From: Ostrea edulis
Taxonomy: Eukaryota
NCBI RefSeq assembly: GCF_947568905.1
Contig: NC_079164.1
Coordinates: forward strand, 26,288,001 to 26,352,000
Direction: 5' to 3'
DNA length: 64,000 nucleotides
Part shown: piece after piece, positions 1 through 12,536 of the stretch
How positions within the stretch are numbered: the stretch's first letter is position 1
Layout of the letters: every line of letters begins with the position of its first letter
The notes under the pieces: generated by a model
What the model was told of the DNA's origin: nothing
What the model saw: only the letters and a program-made list of their open reading frames with translations
Databases searched by the model: none
Translations under genes and position numbers: made by a program

Positions 1-44
1 GATATATTGATACACGCACCAGAGTGATATACTGCTTGTTTAAA

Positions 45-177
45 TCACTCTTTGGTTTTGGGCATTTTGATTGGTCGCAGTGCATCCGAGTGCCAGGTCC
101 TGATGTTAGCGAGTGCCCGGTTGATCTTGTTACACCAGTTTATTCTCTCCTCTTTAGTGTCAGCAGAAATCATGTGC
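45..177 (-). CDS. ANLN: ANLN last coding exon 19
   Basis: tttag|[28 protein letters not shown]...KTKE* (TGA at 45-47). Confidence 0.95.
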
Positions 178-3100
178 CTAAAACAAAAACAAGGCATTGC
201 TATACATACATCACAGACCAATAAACTATACATACAAGTAGTTTTGTACCACTGAACACAGGTCAAGTTTGACACAACTTATTTTCATCTATTTTAAAAC
301 CACATCCCAAGTGGGTGAATTTTTAAACTTTAACTGAATGAATTTGAATTTACTCTTTATTGTAAAATGGAGGATACACAAAACAAAAACACAGAAACAA
401 ACCACTTTGACCATTTTCAAAATGGGACAAGCTGTTTTTCTATGCATGAAGTGAACATTTTCCTGCATGCTTTATTACTTTCCTATATGTCTGGAGCTCA
501 TTTTACAAAAGCTTTAATATCTGAAATTTAATAGAACCCTTTCAACATGTTTTATATTTCAATATATTTCTTCACAATAAGTGGGTCATCGCAATAAACA
601 ATTAGTTTTCAAACAAAACAGGTCCTACTGAACCCGACAGTGGTGTCTCCTTGTACATATGCATAGGTGTGCTTATTTCCTATGTGATTCTAACATCCAA
701 GTCAAAATATGGGTAGACCAGTAGTAAATGAATATTTCTGAACATTCCAATGACTGGATTACAAGACAAATGTTGGCAGAATCTACTGGTGGATGTCGTG
801 ACAACACAAATGTTGGCAGAATCTACTGGCGGATGTCGTGACAACACCAATGTTGGCAGAATCTACTGGCGGATGTCGTGACAACACAAATGTTGGCAGA
901 ATCTACTGGTGGATGTCATGACAACACAAATGTTGACAGAATCTACTGGTGAATGTCGTGACAACACCAATGTTGGCAGAATCTACTGGTGGATGTCGTG
1001 ACAACACCAATGTTGGCAGAATCTACTGGTGGATGTCATGACAACACAAATGTTGACAGAATCTACTGGTGGATGTTGTGACAACACCAATGTTGGCAGA
1101 ATCTACTGGTGGATGTCGTGACAACACCAATGTTGGCAGAATCTACTGGTGGATGTCATGACAACACCAATATTGACAGAATCTACTGGTGGATGTCGTG
1201 ACAACACAAATACTGACAGAATCTACTGGTGGATGTCATGACAACACACATGTTGGCAGAATCTACTGGTGGATGTCATGACAACACAAATGTTGGTAGA
1301 ATCTACTGGTGGATGTCATGACAACACAAATGTTGGTAGAATCTACTGGTGGATGTCATGACAACACAAATGTTGGTAGAATCTACTGGTGGATGTCATG
1401 ACAACACAAATGTTGGTAGAATCTACTGGTGGATGTCATGACAACACAAATGTTGGTAGAATCTACTGGTGGATGTCATGACAACACAAATGTTGGTAGA
1501 ATCTATTGGTGGATGTCATGACAACACCAATATTGACAGAATCTACTGGTGGATGTCATGACAACACAAATGTTGGTAGAATTTACTGGTGGATGTCATG
1601 ACAACACCAATATTGACAGAATCTACTGGTGGATGTCATGACAACACAAATGTTAGTAGAATCTACTGGTGGATGTCATGACAACACAAATGTTGGTAGA
1701 ATCTACTGGTGGATGTCATGACAACACAAATGTTGGTAGAATCTACTGGTGGATGTCATGACAACACAAATGTTGGTAGAATCTACTGGTGGATGTCATG
1801 ACAACACAAATGTTAGTAGAATCACCTGGTGGATGTCATGGTGTTGTAGGTCTTGCTGATCAGCGTGTCCTCCTCTCCTCGTCTGGGCTGGCGGACTGTA
1901 ACCATTTCAAATGTGTTGGGTCTGGCACAGATGTCTCGAGGGATCAGGCCCACTTTCTCCGTCACACATCTTTTTAAATCAACAACTCCCATTGGCTCCT
2001 ACAGAAAAATAAACTTCTACTTTTAAATTCTATTACTTATATATATAACAAGAGTACCGTGAACAGTACATAATACGCCCGTGAGAAGGTTATATAGGGT
2101 GTTTTTATTATAAGATGTTTGTTTTGTGACATTGATTAGCAAACATGGTATAAATGTCAGGAGTTGTAGAACTTTACTTAAGGTAGTATCAGACATCAAG
2201 CTGTACGTGATATGCTTTGTTTTGTATTATATGAATAAATGAAGGTCTTTACTAAATTACCTGGTCTTTTAAATTTTCAAATCTTATCAAGGTAGCTTTA
2301 TAGTCGATATACAATGTATGAGTAATAACTTATAAATCTGTGGATCATAGGTTTGAATCTTTACAGTCGATATACAATGTATGGGTTAACCTATAAATCT
2401 GTGGATCATAGGTTTGAATCTTGCAAAATTAGAAATTTTTCATGCAACAATAAAATGTACTTTTGCAAGAGTTTATGCAAAATCTATTACATCAGCTCAA
2501 TATTAAAAATATATCAACTAAATTAATAAATTACATTTGAACTAGTTCCAAGTCTCAACTACTTGTATCATTAATTATAAAACTGAAATACACGTATAGA
2601 AGTATAAAAATCAGTTCATGAATAGAAATGGCCTGGTTGCTTTAAATATGTTATCTATCATAGAGACAGCAGTACAAAACATCGAAAAAATTACATTAAA
2701 TGTAGAATTAAAAAAACCCAACAACAACAACACAGAAGCATAGGCGCCTGGGTCAAGGATATTGCACTATAACCTATATGTAAACAATGAAGGAAATTCC
2801 AACCACGAATAAATATTTCTCTCTGATCTATGGTGTCTCTTTATACATTTTTTCATGTTCCAGGAAGCTTAAATACACGTGTCATTATCACAGAACACTA
2901 ATTTATCCACGTTTTAAAAAGTGTCTTATCCCACTGATTCATAATATATAACAAGGCTTGCAACTCAATCTACCCCTTTCCGTACCCCATGACAGATATT
3001 TGTCGATTAAAAGTTATTTACACTGCTTACCAGCCAGTTTCTGGGCCCCATTCACTCCCAGTAATTCTTCTTTAATAATTAAAATCCTCTAATAACAGCT

Positions 3101-6100
3101 GTCTATCCGTTGTATATTTTTAATAATTTTTTTCTGTCCAGAGTCATCTCATTCAAATCTCTAATCACGGAAGTGCGTAAACAGTACAAAATTCGAAACG
3201 GAATAAGGGATATCCGAATTAATCTCGAGTTCCGAAAGATACTATGGCTATGTAACCCCCAGAGGATATCGATACACTGTAGCATTGGCGCTATTTGTTA
3301 TTTGGTAATGCAGACGCGAGTGCCCCCCCCCCCCCCCCCATTTTCAACAGTAGTAGTGAGTAGTATATTGTGAATTTAATGAGAGGAATGTATGCTTTAA
3401 TGTCATGAAATAGCAGTAAAATCTCCACAGAAGATTGTTGGTTTTTCTGTTTTACTTCCCGTCGAGAATGTTATACTCACATTGAGACATCGCCATTTGT
3501 AGGGGAGTTAAACTGAAAAACCCGTGATTCTTACTCCTAAATACCGAGTGTTTGACAAAACGATCGGAGCTCGAACTCACAACCTCCCGGTTACAAAGCT
3601 CAACCACTGAACTCTCGCGACCGGTAGCAGCAGAAAGAATAAAAATCTTCACAAGCAAAGACAATAACAAAAGGGAAAAAAAAAAAGAAAGAAAAAAATT
3701 ACATCAACAAAATTCCTAATTTGTGCGGGGGAAGAGATGTCTTATAATGCCTCAAATAAAAAAGAAATTCCCTAGTTTTTAATTTCTTATACTCCATGGG
3801 GAGGAGGTGAGTAAAGGGTTTTACTACTATTTCAGGACTTGATTCTTCTTTCACTACTACTGTTAAAAATGGGGGGGGGGGGGGGCTCGGCTCGGCTCAC
3901 ACAATATATTTGATTGTATTACAAACCACAAATAATGGTCATTATAAAAAAAGGGGGGAGGCAACACCCACCCACCCCGATTCTACGTGCCTGGTTTTTT
4001 GTTTAATCATCTCACCTAAACAACAATTGAGGGGAGGGAATGTATAAGACAGGTAGTGAAACTAATCTAAGCTGAAAGAAAAAGATCCTAGTGGGGGGAA
4101 AGTGGTAGGAACCGGCCCTTTACCCCCTCGTTCACTTCTGGGTACCTATTTTATTTTGTTCTCATTTCTTTTTATGTCGCATTGTTTTGGAATTCATAAA
4201 ACCTTGATAGTTTAGGCTGTTGTTAGATAGAGTGCCAATACTCTCAATATTCTTTGGGGTTTACATAGCCTTTCAGAACTCGAGATTAATTCGGATATCC
4301 CTTATTCCGTTTCGAGTTTTGTACTGTTTACGCACTTCCGTGATTAGAGATTTGAATGAGATGACTCTGGACAGAAAAAAATTATTAAAAATATACAACG
4401 GATAGACAGCTGTTATTAGAGGATTTTAATTATTAAAGAAGAATTACTGGGAGTGAATGGGGCCCAGAAACTGGCTGGTAAGCAGTGTAAATAACTTTTA
4501 ATCGACAAATATCTGTCATGGGGTACGGAAAGGGGTAGATTGAGTTGCAAGCCTTGTTATATATTATGAATCAGTGGGATAAGACACTTTTTAAAACGTG
4601 GATAAATTAGTGTTCTGTGATAATGACACGTGTATTTAAGCTTCCTGGAACATGAAAAAATGTATAAAGAGACACCATAGATCAGAGAGAAATATTTATT
4701 CGTGGTTGGAATTTCCTTCATTGTTTACATATAGGTTATAGTGCAATATCCTTGACCCAGGCGCCTATGCACAGAAGCAATTTTAAAATGTCACATGTAT
4801 ATCTTCAATGTTTTTATAACATCTATAATGTACAAGGTCTGAAAAATGTCAAGTAAAAGCTATGAGGAGTTGGTTAAACAAAGTAGGTACCATGATGCTT
4901 AAAAAATGACAAAGTTCAACTACATCAGGTACATGTAAATTTTTCGAAGAATGTTAGATCACTTCCAAAAAGACAAATGCACATCTTCAATGTGTCCATA
5001 GCAATTGTACAATGTTTGAGGTATGTCAAGTTAAAAGTGTAAGAGGAGTTGATTACAGAAAGTACATATCCTATTACAGGGAAGCCCGCCCGCCCGCCAT
5101 TCACCATTTTATAAGCTGTTTGCATGTTGTACAACCCATCCAAAAATAGAAGGAAAATTGGATGAAAAAGAAACTGTATTATCATGCAGATTTAGGACTT
5201 TTTGATTAATCAATCCTTCCGCCACAAAATATAACCCCTGTCAAACCCTTTCAAAATTTGAATTGACACAAAATGTTAAAACTGGATAGGGTTCAGTAAT
5301 AGATGTGTAATATGTTTGCACCAATGGGATCAGTATTGAACCAGTAAATACTTAGTTGTAACATCCTGCTCAGTTGTGCTCAAAAGCTCAGGTGCTAACT
5401 TCCTTAATCCTTCAATCATTTAATATATATATGTACATATTGTAACCTATAGTAATAAATCACTCTCCTGTATAAACCCAATATCTGCAACTGTTCTTGT
5501 AATTAATCCCTGAAGCTTTCTTTATGCATAAAGAATGATGAAATTCTAATACAGTTACATGTAAAATTTCTGTCTATTTCTATAGAATCTGGATAATTTA
5601 TGATGTGTTCACAAACAGTGTACAGCACCAACTCCAATATAGCTGCAATAATGTAGCCCTCTTCGATTTTCTTGGGGGGGGGGGGGGTGTAAAAAAAATA
5701 TTGGATAGGGCTACATTATTGCAGCTAACCCCAATAGTGTATTACCCATTTACCAACAGTCTGATACATACTGACAGCATACAAGTTTTATACACATGTA
5801 ATAACAGTTAGACAGCCTCATTCTCAAAAGTCCTGGTTCATATTGGGTGAATGTGGTTCTAATATTTTAGAGACAGATCAGATTCTATGATTTACACTCA
5901 ATTACTTCCCAACACACCCAAACAATTCCAGGATCACCGCAAACTGGTTGAATTTGCAAATTTTGAAGTGGTTGAAATGTAGTGTAAATTACATTGAAAA
6001 TGCAAAGGAGTACAGGAATTATTGCAGTTATATAACACACGGCTATTGTTCTAGATTAATATAACACTGACTGCAGGGATGTGACTGAATTCCTCAGAAA

Positions 6101-9100
6101 TAAGAGGAAAATTGGTCAAAAAGGGAGGAAAACACCTCACTCTACCTGGAAAAATATCATTTTCTGTCACTTTAGATCAAACCCAGCATCTATCATTTTA
6201 TAAAAAATTGACCAAATCTGAGGATTTCCTCAAAAAAGAGAAAAAATCACACCCCCATGACATTATTCCAGATTTATCTTGCCATGAATTTATTAAATAC
6301 CTTTCTGGTTTCTTCATCAGGGTATTTCCAGAAGCAGAGTTTGTTCCCTTTTAGAGCACTCCATCGTCTGTGCCATGCACCAAATCCACTGACATCCTCA
6401 AACATTGTCTACAAAAATGAACAGATTTTATTGATGAAACAAGAAAAAATTTCAAAGGAATTACTAAAGGAAAAGGGATATAACTCTGAATATTTACAAG
6501 AAAATATTGATATTTCCAATGTTCTTCACAAATTGTAATTATAACCATTTCCCCATGAATGCACTACAGAACTTTGTAAACAATACACATATTAATGAAT
6601 CTTGATAAAATGTAACACTTATATTTTAATGGCTGGGAATTCCGACAAATGAAAGTAGTCTAGGATGTAAATATATGAAATAAATTACATTTCTGAATAT
6701 ACACGAGCATATGAACTGTGACACTGTACTATTTATAAGTCCAAACTCACAGAGGCCAGCATGAAGTGTCACAGTTCATACCCTATCAAAGGTATTTTAA
6801 CAAATGAAACCCATTTCTTGAATATGCCCTTGATCTGTAAAAAAGCATAATAAAAAACATATCATAAATCTACTTTATAGCTCATTATGTCAATAAAAAT
6901 TAAATATAGGCAAACTTAAGTATGGTGACTTTAAACACACAAATAGACAGACACACATAAATGTGAATTTAGAGTTTAAACACACAAATAGACAGACACA
7001 CATACATGTGAATTTAGACTTTAAACACACAAATAGACAGACACACATACATGTGAATTTAGAGTTTGTGAATTGGAATTGTATACTGTCCGTGTCTGTG
7101 AATAATGAGGCCTACTGAACACACACAAATATTCTGTTTGTAATTAGTTTTAATATCATATAGACTGTTGTAAATGACTTGAGTATCTCGTGGCATGGTT
7201 TTCTGTTTGTGATGCGTTTTAGGTTTAATATTATAAAGACTGTTGTAAATGACTTGAGTATCTAGTGGCATGGTTTTAGGTTTTGCAGCAGTGAAGTTAT
7301 TCACCTAGGAATCATACAATATTGAAATAAGTGATTTATCCTTGAAGAGAATACAGACAAAATATCTTTTAAATATTTCATAGAACTGCAGGTTTACATC
7401 ACCACAATAATGATAATAATTTTTCAACAACACTCGCACATAATAGATGACAGGACATGTATTGGAAAATACAAATATAAAATGAATGCAATTTTAAAGA
7501 ATATTAACTTGCATATATGCATAAGGGTCATATTACAAACCTAACCATGAAGTATCAAAATTTGTGTTATCAACCCTGGGCTTGAAGCTAACTTTTTATG
7601 TCACTAGTCCAGCCGGACTGATAGGGTATAATTTCAACCAGTCTGCAGAAAAAATTACCAGAGTTTTCCAGAAATAGTTAATCATATTTCGTTAATGTTA
7701 TCAAAATGAAATTTAATTCAATATGCCTCAGACAATATTGCAATACATTTATATTTACGAATCAGATTCATCTGATATCTAGATATCAAAGAAATTTCAT
7801 AAGTATATTTTCCAAAATGATGCTTTAGAAAATTAACCAGTCATATCGGACTGACTAAAACAAATATCAATCAGTCTGCCAGACTTTTAACCCAGAGATT
7901 TTTTAAGGGTCTGTAGAGGGCCGAAATTCAGCCCCATTCCCAATGCTAAAGAGCAGGTGTTTTTCCCAAAATGATGCATTAAAATTCCCAAATGATGGAT
8001 GCTTTGATGAGAATATGCCATGGGGCACCATCCAACCTTCAAGTTGGTGCCACTCTGTTGCAAAACATTTTTGACAGTTTTTTCTCTGCCAAAGACCGGA
8101 AATTAAAGCTTGTTTAAGCCACATTGATAATGAAATATCAAATGGTTAACTTTTTACTTGTTTTTCTTATTTATTTGTATGAAACAAATTTCCCAATTTC
8201 AATCAAATATCATTATTTTCCCCAAACTTGAAGGCCCTGGCCCCTGGATTCAAGGGGTAAAAAAATCCCTGTAACCAGTCACAGACTGACAGGCATATGT
8301 TAATTTCGAGTCCTGCAACAACCCCCCAACCCCCCCCCATGATTTTTCCATAGACCATTAACTTGATCTGATAGCCAGATAAGTGGTTTTTTTGGGGTCA
8401 CTCTGATCTACTTAAGGTACATGTAATACTGCAATCATATACATGTATATTATTTTTTAATAATTTTTATAATCATTTCAACCATATGAATATTAGTTTT
8501 GCAGCAATAACATTTCCTACAGAAAAAAAAGAATAACAACAACAAAAAAGCCTGCACAATAAAGGGACAAAATGCATTTCTATTATTGGTCACTGGAGTA
8601 CCTTAACCCTACATCTGTGCGTCACTTTGGAGTTAGATGTTTCATTGTACAATTTTAACAGCAAACAGATATCTGCATGATGCCATATAATATTGAAATT
8701 TTTTGTTTTGACCTAATTATGAGACAGATTTTGAGAAAATAATTTAGTAAAAGACATGCTAATGAATGGAAAATAGGAAGGAAATCATGTTATGTCCACT
8801 GAAATAATCCCAGGATGATGTGAATATACACCTCCAGTTAGTACAAAATCTGAATCAGGATGGTCGGACCTTTAATTTCCAGATTTAAAGCAAACTTTTA
8901 TCAAGGTCGTCCAAGTTATTGAGGGTCACCCCTATATATCATTTGTAATTGATGTCATTACAACCTTCAAGTCACAACACACCTTCCCTATACGACACAT
9001 CAACTGAAAAGGTTTGATGATTCAAAGACTCCAAAATTAGGAACCAGAAATAGTTTTTCTTCATTTCATCTTTCTTTAAGGCTGAAATACACCTTATTTC

Positions 9101-12100
9101 TAAGATGCATCAACTGATAAGGTCCGACGCTTCAAGGCCCCAAGTTTCATAGTAATAAGCTGGGCATAGAAAGGCTAACAGACGGACAACATTGTCAATT
9201 TGTAATACTATCAATCTGATTAAAATACAGATCTCTCAAATAGCGCACAGCTCTCAGCTTTGTGTGTTGAGAGATCTATATTTTAATTAGATTGCCATAC
9301 TATTATACAGCCTGTCATGGATGTGCATATAAGAAGTTATTTAGAACATTTTTAAATTGGAATAGTGTTGGGCAACAGAGAAAAAGGTGTCTTGTGTTGC
9401 AATAAAATCTAATTTGAATTTGTAAACATGAAATCAAGACTCACCAAGAATCCTCTTTCTTCTACATTTTGTTCCATTAAACATTTCAGTCTCATGTAAA
9501 TTGTACCATGTAGAGGTGACAAATAGGGAATCTAAAACAGAGGGCACAATTAGTGAAAGGATCACAAATGTGAACAGTTTTCTACTCTGAATGTTTAATA
9601 TCATTTTTAAGACATGAAAAGTTCTATCATCAAATGCTGTCAATTCCAATGTACCTTGGAATGATGTTATATTATTCAACTAAAGGAAGACTTACTCTCT
9701 CCAGCGTGAAGCAGGTCTTGTCCAGGGCCCTCATAGTGATGGGGAGTGAGGTAATCAGAGTGAAGCTGGTCGTCCTCACAGCCATAGGACCACCAGGACT
9801 GGGAGCTAGATAATGATCTACACAATGTCAATAACTCACACACAGCACCACCAGGACTGGGAGCTAAATAATGATCTACACAATGTCAATAACTCACACA
9901 CAGCACCACCAGGACTGGGAGCTAAATAATGATCTACACAATGTCAATAACTCACACACAGCACCACCAGGACTGGGAGCTAAATAATGATCTACACAAT
10001 GTCAATAACTCACACATAGCACCACCAAGACTGGGAACTAAATAATGATCTACACAATGTCAATAACACACACATAGCACCACCAAGACTGGGAACTAGA
10101 TAATGATCTACACACAATGTCAATAACTCACACATAGCACCACCAAGACTGGGAACTAGATAATGATCTACACAATGTCAATAACACACACATAGCACCA
10201 CCAAGACTGGGAACTAGATAATGATCTACAATGTCAATAACTCACACATAGCACCACCAAGACTGGGAACTAGATAATGATCTACAATGTCAATAACTCA
10301 GGACATGCACATGTTCTGAGGACCAGTTGTCAGTTCTTTTTGTATATTAGAAAGAGAGAAGTAAGCATATATACTTGTTACTACTGTTAGTGATATATAC
10401 ATGTATACTTATAAATTACACGAGCCTATGAGTATCAGATTCTGACAGAATTGCATATTTCTCAGTACCTGGTGCCAGGTGTCCTCTGGCTGTCTTTTTC
10501 GGAGTCTTTCTTTTCTTGTCCTTGATTGCCTCTCTAGAAATGGACTGGAATTCAAAGTTAAATTTTTTGTTTTATATACATTAGCTACAGGGTTGCAATG
10601 ACACTTTTTAACCAGTGGTTGTAAGAGAAAGGACACAGAACGGGTAGAGAGCATCGATTTACTGAATAAAATGCAGACTATTTTTGTTAACATTCATTGT
10701 AATTCCATCCATTCAAGTGTACATAAAAAACATTTCAAAAAGTTATCCTTACGTATTCACCATGCTTAAGTGGCAACAAGGAAATGTATACATAAAGAAC
10801 GTAAATTGACCTGTACTTTGTTCCTTACCATGCTGTAGATTTCTAGGTTAAGTTTAAAGCTGCCAGAGATGCCATGGATTTTGATGAGGTTGGGAAAGTC
10901 CAAACTGCCCCTCATCATTGGGTCGTGAGTGGACAACATTTGGGTCATTATCACCTGGGCGTGATTCCGGATCAGTAACAGGAAGTAGTGAACTGTGTTA
11001 TCTACAAACACCAAAATAAACTCAAAAGTTTAAAATCTTCAATACATATACTGACATTTTGATAAAATCAGTTAGTATGCATATATGTACATTTTAAGAA
11101 AAAAATTTATCCCAAGAGTCTCATCCTGTCAGATATTTTAGCATTGAAAACATTCATACTGAGTTTTAATACTGTGTAAAACAACACATCATATCAATGA
11201 CTAGAACTTAGAAACACAGAAAACTACATATGGAAAAAAATTTCAATGTTCAATGCATGATTCTCTGATTGTCAAATCCTTCAAACAGTGTCAAAAATCA
11301 TATATCGTATTTTGCCGAATATACGCAGTTGTGTTTAATACGCAACCCCCACTTTGGGCTTGTAAATTTGGGGGGGAAAAAAGAAAGCATTTCGTGTGTG
11401 TAATACACAGCAAAGATTTTGATCAAGCAGGAAATCTTAACGTTATACTTTGGATTTTTACTGAACATTTTTGCGGAAATAATGAATTATAAAACAAAGA
11501 ATAAGAATTTGCAAACCACGCAGCTATATTTTTGAGATAAGTCATCTCGAATTTCAACATCATGGTAATCTTCACTGAATATCTCGTGTAAACGTCATGT
11601 TAATTGTTAATTTCAGCAAAGCACGAGATTTTGTAGCATTAAAGTTTGAAGAGATTGGATATTTCTTTGTTGAAACTTAAAATCATCTAAACAGTTGATG
11701 TTGTAAAACTAAAATCAAAATATTAAACTAGTTTTTAATTTGTTGTAATGAACATGCCACCAGTGATGGACATTAGGTGCGATATATTAAACCTCTCGTT
11801 AACTTTTAAAAATGATCATAATCTAGGGCAATAGTGCTGTAAATAATCAGTGCTCTGTCTGTAAATAATCAGTGCTTACAGTGCTCTGTCTAAAAATAAT
11901 CAGTGCTCTGTCTGTAAATAATCAGTGCTTACAGTGCTCTGTCTGTAAATAATCAGTGCTCTGTCTGTAAATAATCAGTGCTTACAGTGCTCTGTCTAAA
12001 CATAATCAGTGCTCTGTCTGTAAATAATCAGTGCTTACAGTATTCTGTCTAAATAATCAGTGCTCTGTCTGTAAATAATCAGTGCTCTGTCTGTAAATAA

Positions 12101-12503
12101 TCAGTGCTTACAGTGCTCTGTCTAAAAATAATCAGTGCTCTGTCTGTAAATAATCAGTGCTTACAGTGCTCTGTCTAAATAATCAGTGCTCTGTCTGTAA
12201 ATAATCAGTGCTCTGTCTGTAAATAATCAGTGTTTACAGTACTCTGTAAATAATCAGTGCTCTGTCTGTAAATAATCAGTGCTTACAGTACTCTGTAAAT
12301 AATCAGTGCTCTGTCTGTAAATAATCAGTGCTTACAGTGCTCTGTCTGTAAATAATCAGTGCTCTGTCAGTAAAAACAATGCTTTGGATATGGTAGAGCA
12401 ATGAATAATTCAAGCACAACAATCAACATTTCTTTCAAGCGCAATTGTGAAGTTTTTACTTCACATAAAAATTAAATATGGTGAACAGCACGGACAAGTA
12501 AAA

Positions 12504-12536
<33 letters not shown>

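Noticed and set aside
767-1840. CRISPR-like periodicity (also 9790-10301 and 36743-38380)
   Set aside because: Head-to-tail units with no unique spacers, no cas genes and an intronic eukaryotic context.
2297-2421. ~62-bp tandem duplication; also 7140-7280, 43805-43884 and the hairpin at 6710-6780
   Set aside because: Ordinary small intronic duplications with no link to splice sites or coding sequence.
3103-4405. Duplicate ORFs ending ...[10 protein letters not shown]
   Set aside because: Both fall in the inverted arms of the foldback element; no transposase similarity.
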